Shown: positions 27,488-35,624 of the stretch, in pieces | Position numbering within the stretch: position 1 is the first letter of the stretch | How the letters are laid out: each line of letters starts with the position of its first letter | DNA from: a bacterium | GTDB lineage: Bacteria; Patescibacteriota; Microgenomatia; UBA12405 | DNA length: 43,684 nt | Direction: 5' to 3' | Assembly (NCBI GenBank): GCA_029561175.1 | Contig: JAKQJL010000014.1 | Coordinates: 1 to 43,684 of the forward strand | Translations under genes and position numbers: made by a program | Notes under the pieces: model-generated | Seen by the model: only the letters and a program-made list of their open reading frames with translations | Databases searched by the model: none | What the model was told of the DNA's origin: nothing

Positions 27488-27643
27488 ATGGAAACAAAAA
27501 TTCTTTGTCCCGATTGTCAAACAGAAATAAAATTTGAAAAAATCGAGGTTGGTGATATTTTAGAATGTGATGAGTGTGGTACTGAAGTAGAAATTATTTC
27601 AGTTGAACCATTGAAGTACACTTTATTGGTTGAGGAGAAGTAG
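27488..27643 (+). CDS. LysW-like zinc-ribbon (amino-group carrier-like) protein, 51 aa, C-terminus EEK
   Basis: hand-translated METKILCPDCQTEIKFEKIEVGDILECDECGTEVEIISVEPLKYTLLVEEK; CxxC..CxxC with LysW-type spacing, acidic; below the ORF-track size cut-off. Confidence 0.85.
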   Translation: METKILCPDCQTEIKFEKIEVGDILECDECGTEVEIISVEPLKYTLLVEEK

Positions 27644-28180
27644 TCGGAAAAAGCCTTCTTTAAATTGTTCTTGATCTTGATTGATGTCGATTTGGCCGTA
27701 ATGAACTCCATGATTACTTAAACTGCTGTGGACATAGATTATTTGTTGATCAATTTTTTCAATAACAAATAAAACGTGATGACCTCGTTTTTGGCGGATT
27801 AAGTCTCCTGTTTTAACATCATTAATGTTAACTTTTTTTGATAAAGGAGAAGACGTGAGCATGTTAGCGTTTGTTCTTCGAACATTCAGTTGGGCATCGA
27901 AATAAAAATTTAACAACTGACAACATAGACCTGAACAATCAATTCCTAAATGATGTTTCTTTTGAAAGCGATAAATTTGATTTGAATCTAGTTCGAGTAT
28001 TTTTACTCCTTCTTGGTTGGCCAATTCGACTGTTTTTAGAGCAATTTCTTTGGCGTTTCCTTTACCTACCAAAGAAGCTTCTGGAGAACTGTTTTTATGT
28101 TTACCGGTATTCATAAAGTAAGGAATACCAATATACTTTGAAATTTCTTGTTTTAGTTCGGTTAATTTAATCCCAGCCAT
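27623..28180 (-). CDS. NlpC/P60-like cysteine peptidase, no signal peptide
   Basis: YIGIPY, GIDCSG, GDLI..HHVLFV..YVHSS (Cys-His-His); ATG 28180 overlapping the mraY end preferred over 28216. Confidence 0.78.
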   Translation of the reverse strand: MAGIKLTELKQEISKYIGIPYFMNTGKHKNSSPEASLVGKGNAKEIALKTVELANQEGVKILELDSNQIYRFQKKHHLGIDCSGLCCQLLNFYFDAQLNVRRTNANMLTSSPLSKKVNINDVKTGDLIRQKRGHHVLFVIEKIDQQIIYVHSSLSNHGVHYGQIDINQDQEQFKEGFFRLLLLNQ

Positions 28181-29196
28181 AGACCTAAAATTGCTAATAT
28201 AAAACCAGCCAACCAAGCTCTAAAGACAATTTTTGGTTCTTCCCAACCATTTCTTTGAAGAGTTAGATGGATTGGAGCAGCTGGGAAAATTTTTCGATGT
28301 AAATAGAGTTTTGAAAAGATTTGAATAGCACTGCTTAAGCCTTCGATAATAAAAATGAATCCAACCACAAGTAAGGGAATTAGTTTTCCTAAAAGAATCG
28401 CAATTAAGGCAAAAGTGGCACCAAAAGACATTGATCCCACATCACCTAACCAAATTCGAGCTGGATAAACATTGAAATATAAAAAAGCAATTAGTGCACC
28501 AATCCATAAGGCTAAAAACAAAGAAATAGGAGTGTCGAGCTGGTTGCTTGAGAGTACCCAAAAAGCAAAAAGTGAAATCATTAAAGTTCCGCAAGATAGA
28601 CCATCAAGACCATCGGTAATATTAAAAAAATTAGCAAAACCGACAATAATTGTGGTAAAAATGGGGATAGAAAATAATCCCAAAGAGACTGGACCCAAAA
28701 AAGGTAGATAGACAAAATTTATACCTAATCGAAAATAAATATGAGCTGAAACTATACCGGCAATTACGAACTGCAAGAGTAGCTTGTGTTTCATTCTTAA
28801 TCCAAAAAAACCAGATTTTTCAAAATTAAAGAATTTTAAAGCATCATCGTATAAACCCAGTAATCCAAAACTGATAAAGGTGAAAAAGATGGCTTCAACT
28901 TCTCGTTGAATTTGAAAGTTATGAGAAATAAAAATATTTGATTGCTGAAGAATAAAAAAAAGAATTGTAAAAAGAACTGTGACTGACACAATAATTAATA
29001 AGCCACCTCCCACTGGTGTACCGGCTTTAATCGCGTGATATTTATCAAAAATCGGAGTTCTTTTGTTTTGAAAATCAAGAGTTTTTTGCTTTTGGCGTTG
29101 GAATTTAAGATGATAGAGAATGTTAATAAAAGGAACAACCAAGACACTGGTGCAAATGAAAGAAAAAAGAAGCAGGCCAAGATAAAATTGGATCAT
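28162..29196 (-). CDS. mraY: phospho-MurNAc-peptide transferase MraY
   Basis: KAGTPVGGG, GLYDD, NITDGLDGL, PARIWLGDVGS, APIH..GWEEPKIV. Confidence 0.96.
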   Translation of the reverse strand: MIQFYLGLLLFSFICTSVLVVPFINILYHLKFQRQKQKTLDFQNKRTPIFDKYHAIKAGTPVGGGLLIIVSVTVLFTILFFILQQSNIFISHNFQIQREVEAIFFTFISFGLLGLYDDALKFFNFEKSGFFGLRMKHKLLLQFVIAGIVSAHIYFRLGINFVYLPFLGPVSLGLFSIPIFTTIIVGFANFFNITDGLDGLSCGTLMISLFAFWVLSSNQLDTPISLFLALWIGALIAFLYFNVYPARIWLGDVGSMSFGATFALIAILLGKLIPLLVVGFIFIIEGLSSAIQIFSKLYLHRKIFPAAPIHLTLQRNGWEEPKIVFRAWLAGFILAILGLWLGLN

Positions 29197-29205
29197 TATT
29201 GATTA

Positions 29206-29211
29206 AGTATA
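29206..29211 (-). promoter_or_regulatory. putative -10 box for mraY
   Basis: TATACT 9 nt before ATG; lies in a 17-mer shared with the lemA upstream region. Confidence 0.5.
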
Positions 29212-29212
29212 G

Positions 29213-30511
29213 TTAAATTTTAGTAAAAGTCGAGATTATACGGTTTAGAGTGTCTAAACCCTTTTTACCTCCGGAACTAAAATGGACCAAAATGTCTTGA
29301 GGTTTAAGATTGTTTTGGTAATAGTCAATTATTTGTTGGTAATCTGGCAGGTAAGTTATTTTTTTACCTAATTCTAGGTGATAATCTTGAAAAGTAGTTC
29401 TTTGGTCAACAGAAACTGATGGGGAAAATTTTATTTTACTAATAGTTATTTGGGATGCGTTTTTAAACGCCTGATTAAAACCAATTATCGAATTTTTATT
29501 TTGTAAAAAGGAAGCGTGAGGTTCAAAAAAAACTTTAATTTGGTGAGTGGGATATTGATAGTGAATTGCTTCTAAGGCTGAGGCAATTCGATCTTTAGAT
29601 TGAGCAAAATCGTCGATAAAAATAATATTATTAATGATTTTTTTGATTTCTAATCTGCGCTTAATACCACGGTAATGATTTAAAGCTGATTGAATGATTT
29701 TTGGTTTAATTCCTAAGGCGATGGCCATAGTAGTGGCTGCCATAACGTTTTCCTGATTGTGTTTACCAACTAAACAAGAATTAAAAGAAAAATTAAAATT
29801 ATAAGGAAGAGCCTGTGAGTAATTCTTAGAAATTTCTGTGGCTGATGGAGAATTTGGGTTATAAACTAAAATGCCATTTTTAGGTAATCGATTGATAAGT
29901 TTAATAAATGATTGTTTGTTTGAGCTTTGGGAAGGATAGGATTCTTTATGTTCCCAGTCGGCTGAAGTTAATAATAAATGGGTTAGCGGGTAATAATGAA
30001 ATTTTGCTTGAGTATCGAGACCATTAATAGATTCATCGGCTTCAATAATTGAATAGTCCCCAGTACTAGTGGTTAAAGAGGGAAGATGATTAATAAAACT
30101 GGCACCAACCATATAACTAGGGTTGAGTTTGGCATATTTAAAAATCCAGATTAATAATGAGGTGATGGTTGATTTTCCATAAGATCCAGCGACTAAAATG
30201 TTGATTTTTTTATCTAAAAGCTGACTTAGGTACTCAGTGGCGGATATATAAGGATAGTGGTTTTTAGTAATTAAAGCGAATTCTTCTTGACATTTGGTAA
30301 ATGATTTAAACGAAGAACCGATAATAAATAGGTCAATTTTTTGATAATCTATGACTTTATTAACAGGAATTTTGGATTTTAAAAGAATGGTGCTTATAGG
30401 AGGATAAATTTGATCTTGATCTGATCCAGATATTTGGTGGCCAAGTCGAGTTAATTCTAAAGCTAAAGGTGTGGTCATGTTGCCAGCGATTCCTAAAATA
30501 TGAATTCTCAT
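29213..30511 (-). CDS. Mur ligase, Mpl/MurC-like (closer to murein peptide ligase Mpl)
   Basis: MRIHILGIAG..GSDQDQIYPP, VAGSYGKST, IEADE, GIKRRLE, DDFAQ, FSSGG; ATG 30511 forms an ATGA overlap with the upstream stop. Confidence 0.82.
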   Translation of the reverse strand: MRIHILGIAGNMTTPLALELTRLGHQISGSDQDQIYPPISTILLKSKIPVNKVIDYQKIDLFIIGSSFKSFTKCQEEFALITKNHYPYISATEYLSQLLDKKINILVAGSYGKSTITSLLIWIFKYAKLNPSYMVGASFINHLPSLTTSTGDYSIIEADESINGLDTQAKFHYYPLTHLLLTSADWEHKESYPSQSSNKQSFIKLINRLPKNGILVYNPNSPSATEISKNYSQALPYNFNFSFNSCLVGKHNQENVMAATTMAIALGIKPKIIQSALNHYRGIKRRLEIKKIINNIIFIDDFAQSKDRIASALEAIHYQYPTHQIKVFFEPHASFLQNKNSIIGFNQAFKNASQITISKIKFSPSVSVDQRTTFQDYHLELGKKITYLPDYQQIIDYYQNNLKPQDILVHFSSGGKKGLDTLNRIISTFTKI

Positions 30512-31098
30512 AATTGTTGCCAATGATTATTTTGATAATATTCAAAACCAGGAAGGTTTCTTTTGTAATAACCGATTTTTTTATCAAGATCGAATCTACC
30601 CAAATAACAAAAATCTAAATTATTATTGGCACTATCAATGATTGTTTCAATTACCATTCTGATGGGTAAATCCTGATGAGCAAAATCTGGATTATAAAAA
30701 ACATAGGCAATATGGGAAAATTTTTGATGATAATAGCAAATGGCATAGCCAACTATTTGATCTTTAAGTTTCCAAATAAAAAGTTGATTAAAAATATGGT
30801 GATTAAAGATATATTTAACAGAACTAATTGGAAAATCCCAGCCTAAATTTTTAATCCAATGATGAATAGTTTTTTGAGTAGACAAATCGAAGGAAAAATC
30901 TGCCAAATTTATTTTTTCAAAAGAAAAATCAGTGGTTTTTCTAATGATGCGACGATTTTCAGAAGAAAGAGTAAATTGTGAGAGATTAGATCGACAACTT
31001 GATTCTTGATAGAAGAGTTGACGATCGTTACGTTGAGGTAGTAATCCTTGCTGGTATAAAGATTGATAATCTTGAGTTGCGAGAATATTGAATGTCAT
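30508..31098 (-). CDS. ATE1/Bpt-like aminoacyl-tRNA-dependent transferase (GNAT-like fold)
   Basis: SCRSNLSQFTLSSENRRIIRK and AYVFYNPDFAHQDL...LDFCYLG...YYK match ATE_N/ATE_C patterns; ATGA overlaps at both ends. Confidence 0.68.
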   Translation of the reverse strand: MTFNILATQDYQSLYQQGLLPQRNDRQLFYQESSCRSNLSQFTLSSENRRIIRKTTDFSFEKINLADFSFDLSTQKTIHHWIKNLGWDFPISSVKYIFNHHIFNQLFIWKLKDQIVGYAICYYHQKFSHIAYVFYNPDFAHQDLPIRMVIETIIDSANNNLDFCYLGRFDLDKKIGYYKRNLPGFEYYQNNHWQQL

Positions 31099-32339
31099 TG
31101 ATTTAATTTTAATCTAAAAGCAGTTCTAAAAGCTTCGGCATCTGACCAGGGGTATTCAGTATTACCCAATAAAATAGTAGTTTCGTGGCCTTTACCGCAA
31201 GCAACAATAGTATCGTGAGGTTTAGCAAGACTAATTGCTTGGTTAAAAGCTTCTTGACGGTTGGGGACATTATAATAAGAAAAGAGTTGTTTTTTAACTT
31301 TTGATTGATTGATACCATTGATTATCTGTTGGTTTATATCTTCAATTTTTTCATTTCGAGTATCATCAGAGGTAATGAAAGCGATGTTTGACAATTCGGA
31401 AACTACTTCTCCCATTAAGGGTCTTTTTGATTGATCCCGGCCACCGGTAGCGCCAAAAATAACAATTAATCTACCTGAAGTAGTTTCTCTTAATGATAAT
31501 AAAGTTTGTTTTAATGCTGCTGGAGTATGAGCAAAATCAACAATAGTTCTAATATTTAGATCGTTTTCAATATTTTGTCGACGACCTTTTGTTTCTGGAA
31601 ATTCAAGAATATTTTTGGCAACTAATTGATGATCAATATTTAGATCAGTTAACAAAGAATAGGCTGCCAGAATATTGTAAGCTTGATATTGATATGGAGA
31701 ATTGGTGATTATTTGTTTTTGATTAACTAAAAAACTTAGAGATTTTGGGGTTATTTTAAGATTTTTAGCTTGGAAATCTGATTTGGTATTAAGACTATAG
31801 GAAATTAATTTTTTAGAATCAAAAATGGATTTAATGGTTTTGGCAGAAGAATCGTCTTGATTAAAAATAATTTTGGAAGAATTTTTTAATAGTTTTAATT
31901 TGGCTTCTAAGTATTCTTTTTGAGAGGGAAAATCATCTAAATGTTCATGAGATAAATTGGTAAAAATTCCATAATTAAATTTAAACCCAAAAAATCGAAA
32001 TTGATCGAGACCGTGTGCGGTGGTTTCAATAACGGCATATTTTTTACCTTCTTTTTTCATTTTAATAAGAATAGGAAGGAGGTTCTTGGGATGAGGAGAA
32101 GTGGTGTGTAATCCGGGGCTATTGATGGTGTTAATTGAAAAAGATGGAAAACCAAGACGATTTAATAATTCATCAATGAGAACGGTGGTGGTGGTTTTAC
32201 CATCAGTTCCAGTGACGCCAATTAAGAAAAAATGACGTTGAGGAAAGCCATAACGAAGAGAATAAAATAGGCTATTTGGTAAATGCCAACAGTAATTCTT
32301 TATTTTTTGGAAAAGGTATTTAATCCAAATATTAGGCAT
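31095..32339 (-). CDS. murE: MurE-like ligase lacking the N-terminal domain
   Basis: GVTGTDGKTTT, FTNLSHEHLD, VDFAHTP, RDQSKRPLMG, CGKGHE; specificity motif DDTR. Confidence 0.9.
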   Translation of the reverse strand: MPNIWIKYLFQKIKNYCWHLPNSLFYSLRYGFPQRHFFLIGVTGTDGKTTTTVLIDELLNRLGFPSFSINTINSPGLHTTSPHPKNLLPILIKMKKEGKKYAVIETTAHGLDQFRFFGFKFNYGIFTNLSHEHLDDFPSQKEYLEAKLKLLKNSSKIIFNQDDSSAKTIKSIFDSKKLISYSLNTKSDFQAKNLKITPKSLSFLVNQKQIITNSPYQYQAYNILAAYSLLTDLNIDHQLVAKNILEFPETKGRRQNIENDLNIRTIVDFAHTPAALKQTLLSLRETTSGRLIVIFGATGGRDQSKRPLMGEVVSELSNIAFITSDDTRNEKIEDINQQIINGINQSKVKKQLFSYYNVPNRQEAFNQAISLAKPHDTIVACGKGHETTILLGNTEYPWSDAEAFRTAFRLKLNQ

Positions 32340-32344
32340 ATTTT

Positions 32345-32353
32345 ATTATATCA
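32345..32353 (-). promoter_or_regulatory. putative extended -10 promoter for murE-ATE-mpl, overlapping the ftsI stop
   Basis: TGATATAAT-AAAAT-ATG. Confidence 0.55.
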
Positions 32354-33869
32354 GATTTGAAATTATTGATGCCAGGTCAAACCAAATTGGGGCAGCGGTA
32401 CTAGAACCCCAAGGAGAAGATTTGGGGTTGTCAACAGTGACGACCATGGTTGCTTTTGGCTGATTACAGGGAAAAAATCCAATATATGAAGCCATAGTTT
32501 GATTGTTGGTGTAATTACCACCAAGGGCAACCTGTGCAGTACCTGATTTTCCACAAGCTTCAAAATTTTTTGATTTAAATTGAGCCACTGCTCCCTCTTC
32601 AACTCCGTATTTTAAAATTTCTTTTAAAGACTCAGTGGTTTTAGAAGAAAAAATCGGAAGATTGTTGGTTTTAATTTGAGTTGATAAATGTGGAGTGACT
32701 AAATAACCATTATTAGCTAAAGTGTTGAAGGTTCGGATTAATTGAATTTGAGTTAAAGCGAATCCTTGACCAAAAGAGGCTGTAGCTAAATCAATTGGAG
32801 ACCAATATTTTTTTTCAATTGGTCTTGATTCACCGGGAAGATCAATGCCGCTTTTTTGGTTGATTTCTAATTTGTCAAAATATTGCAAAAAATTATCTTT
32901 TCCAATAAGTTTGATAATTTCACTCATTGAAATATTATCAGAGTATTTAATAGTATCTTTTAAATTGGCGTGAGGGTGAAAAGTATTATCCCAGTTAGAG
33001 ATTTGGTTGTCTCCTATTTGATAAGGTTGTGAACATTGGGTGCACTGATAATTTAGATCAATAGCTTTTGATTCTAAGCCTATGGCAATGGTAATTGGTT
33101 TGAAAACTGATCCTGGTTCAAAAAGATAACTATGCTCTCGGTTGGTGGCGGTAATTCCTGAAGGTGTGGCTTCAAAGCTAGCCATAGCAATAATTTCTCC
33201 GTTTGAAGGATTTAAAATGATAGCCGAAACGGCATCGGCTTGATATTTAGTTAAACCAGTTTTTAAAGATTTTTCTAAGATAGATTGAATGGTTTTGTTT
33301 AAAGTAACTTTAAGATCTTGTCCTGAATTTGCTTTTGACTGAAGGTTGGTGATTAAGCTGCGATTTAGAGCATCTTTCTTTTCCCAAGTATATTTGGTTT
33401 TACCAGCAAGGAAATTTTGATAATAGTTTTCTAAACCATTAATAATTGGAATGGCTAATTGGTTTGGGTAGAATCTGGTGAACTTTGTTTCCCAAATGAA
33501 CCCTTTTTCTTGATTGTTAAGATAGAAATTATAGTCAAAATGATCTTTGAGAGTAATCCATTTCTGTTTGGGGTTATTAATAAAAGAATCGAGGTTGGGA
33601 AATTTAGTTTTTAAAGATTCAAGGTCTTTAATCTCTGGTTTATATAGTGAAAGTTGATAGTATAATTCATTTCCAGCCAGTAAACTGTTATCTTGAAAAT
33701 AAATATTACCTTTTTGTCCGGTTTTAATTGAAGGCTTAATTAATTGATTTGTGGCTTGAAGATTAATAGCGTCGAACTTGATAATTTGCCAATAGAACAT
33801 TCTAAAGATAATGGCAAAAAAACAAACGACGATAGTTACTTTAACTGATTTAATTCTTAAGGGTGGCAT
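32346..33869 (-). CDS. ftsI: class B penicillin-binding protein (FtsI/PBP3)
   Basis: TM, FEPGSVFK (SxxK), SDN, SFGQG, GKSGTAQ; dcw position. Confidence 0.9.
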   Translation of the reverse strand: MPPLRIKSVKVTIVVCFFAIIFRMFYWQIIKFDAINLQATNQLIKPSIKTGQKGNIYFQDNSLLAGNELYYQLSLYKPEIKDLESLKTKFPNLDSFINNPKQKWITLKDHFDYNFYLNNQEKGFIWETKFTRFYPNQLAIPIINGLENYYQNFLAGKTKYTWEKKDALNRSLITNLQSKANSGQDLKVTLNKTIQSILEKSLKTGLTKYQADAVSAIILNPSNGEIIAMASFEATPSGITATNREHSYLFEPGSVFKPITIAIGLESKAIDLNYQCTQCSQPYQIGDNQISNWDNTFHPHANLKDTIKYSDNISMSEIIKLIGKDNFLQYFDKLEINQKSGIDLPGESRPIEKKYWSPIDLATASFGQGFALTQIQLIRTFNTLANNGYLVTPHLSTQIKTNNLPIFSSKTTESLKEILKYGVEEGAVAQFKSKNFEACGKSGTAQVALGGNYTNNQTMASYIGFFPCNQPKATMVVTVDNPKSSPWGSSTAAPIWFDLASIISNLI

Positions 33870-34077
33870 TGATTGGTTTTAAATTTGTGTTTTTTGGTTG
33901 ATTCAAAAGTTCCGATTCTTTTAATAAGTTTTGAAGTTCATGGTTTAGTTTAGAGTATTGAGAAGATAAATCCTTGTAATATTGGTCAATAATAGCGATT
34001 TTATTTGAATAATAGATAGAAAAGATTAACTGAAAAACGATGGTAAAAAAACAAATAAAATAATAGAGACGAATCAT
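33850..34077 (-). CDS. FtsL-like small membrane coiled-coil protein (positional)
   Basis: TM plus Leu-heptad coil, between rsmH and ftsI, overlapping both. Confidence 0.6.
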   Translation of the reverse strand: MIRLYYFICFFTIVFQLIFSIYYSNKIAIIDQYYKDLSSQYSKLNHELQNLLKESELLNQPKNTNLKPINATLKN

Positions 34078-34943
34078 GATTCTATTATTTCATATCCACG
34101 TAGAATTGCCGAGCGCGAAGGAGGATTGATTTTTATCTCAGAAAATGAAGGTTTAATTGGTTTAATAAGAAGATTCTTTACTTTGGATTGGTTAATAAAG
34201 TTTTTTACAATTCGATCTTCCCCAGAATGAAAAGTAATAATGGCAATTTTTGTTAAAGGCTGAAGCTTGAGAGTTGATATTAGAGCTTGTTTTAAGTTTT
34301 GGTATTCTTGATTAACTTCAATTCTTAAGGCCATAAAAACTTTGGTGGCTGGGTGAATTTCTGAACGACGATGATTGTTTTGGTAAGTATTTTTAATAAT
34401 TTCAGCTAACCTAGAGGCTGAAGTAATTGGTTTTTGTTGTCGCTGATGAATAATATCTTTGGCTATTTGAACTGATAATAATTCTTGAGAATAATAAGAG
34501 AATAGTTCTACTAATTGTGATTGATCATAAGTATTAACTATTTCTTGGGCAGTTAAAGATGTGTTTGGATTTAATCTCATATCTAAAAGATCATCTTTGA
34601 AAGAAAAACCAAGATTATAATTAAGAATTTGATTAGTACTTAAGCCTAAGTCAAAAAGAATGCCGTTGATGGGTTGATTAATTTGGGAAGATATATTTTC
34701 AAGTTGATTGAAATTAGATAATAAAGGATGAAATTTAGTGGAAAGATTTGACTCTGAGATTCTTTGAGTAGCTGTTTCTAAGTTTTGTTGATTGGTGTCA
34801 ATCCCCCAAACAATAGATCCGTGTTTAAGCAATTCAAGAGTGTGACCACCATTACCAAGAGTGGCGTCGATAAAAACTTGATCTTTTTGAGGTTGAAAAA
34901 AATCAATTACTTCCGAAAGTAAGACTGGATAATGATAATTCAT
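34074..34943 (-). CDS. rsmH: 16S rRNA m4C1402 methyltransferase RsmH
   Basis: HYPVLL, DATLGNGGH, FDLGLS, LDMR, HPATKVFMALRIEVN, FHSGEDRIVK, NPPSRSA. Confidence 0.96.
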   Translation of the reverse strand: MNYHYPVLLSEVIDFFQPQKDQVFIDATLGNGGHTLELLKHGSIVWGIDTNQQNLETATQRISESNLSTKFHPLLSNFNQLENISSQINQPINGILFDLGLSTNQILNYNLGFSFKDDLLDMRLNPNTSLTAQEIVNTYDQSQLVELFSYYSQELLSVQIAKDIIHQRQQKPITSASRLAEIIKNTYQNNHRRSEIHPATKVFMALRIEVNQEYQNLKQALISTLKLQPLTKIAIITFHSGEDRIVKNFINQSKVKNLLIKPIKPSFSEIKINPPSRSAILRGYEIIES

Positions 34944-35623
34944 TATTCAAATTGATAATCTCCAAGGAATGATTCAGTACTTTTAGTGACTGATTTTGGG
35001 GAAATATCGGTCCATTTAGAATTTTGGTTACTGCTACTAAAAATAGAATATGACTGAGGATTTTTGATAAGTAGATAAGAGTCATTTCCGGAAGTATTGG
35101 CTTTGATAATTAAATTATCAAGATTATAGCTAATTCCTGATTGTTTAATTTTAGAGCCAGTTTGAAGAACAAATGGATATTCAACTGTGGCGACTTGAGA
35201 AGATTTGTTGGCGATGGTAAGAGTGATAACTCCACCAACGACTCCACTGTCATATTTATATTTACAACCATTTGTACAACTTTGAGTTCCTAGGAGTAAA
35301 TCTTTCTTAACGCTCGAATTTAATTCTGATTGTTCAATTGTTCCGGCTAGACCTTTTTCAATTTCATTACCATTGTCAATTGCTGAATAGATTAATTCAT
35401 AATCGATTTTAGAAAAATTTTTAGAAAGATTCTTAAATTCTAAGTATAACCAGTGACCGTCTAGACTTGGAGTAAGTTTGACATAAGGAATGTCTTGATT
35501 TTCAAGTGTGAAAGCTCGAGGAGTTGGGGTTGGGGAAGGTGCTGGAGCAGTTTTTTTGCCACAAGAAGATAAGAAAAAAGAAAAAATAAACAAGAGACAG
35601 AGAGTTTTAATTGTTGTTTTCAT
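34943..35623 (-). CDS. hypothetical lipoprotein
   Basis: signal peptide with LSSC lipobox, PAPSPTPTP linker, SCTNGCKY motif. Confidence 0.8.
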   Translation of the reverse strand: MKTTIKTLCLLFIFSFFLSSCGKKTAPAPSPTPTPRAFTLENQDIPYVKLTPSLDGHWLYLEFKNLSKNFSKIDYELIYSAIDNGNEIEKGLAGTIEQSELNSSVKKDLLLGTQSCTNGCKYKYDSGVVGGVITLTIANKSSQVATVEYPFVLQTGSKIKQSGISYNLDNLIIKANTSGNDSYLLIKNPQSYSIFSSSNQNSKWTDISPKSVTKSTESFLGDYQFE

Positions 35624-35624
35624 A

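Noticed and set aside
26650-27643. Canonical lysine (LysW/AAA) or threonine biosynthesis operon
   Set aside because: There is no EDWGE terminus and no lysX/Z/Y/J/K, hom or thrB in the window; the context is cell division
27517-27711. 64-aa minus-strand ORF
   Set aside because: It is the antisense shadow of the LysW-like gene and overlaps the NlpC/P60 gene
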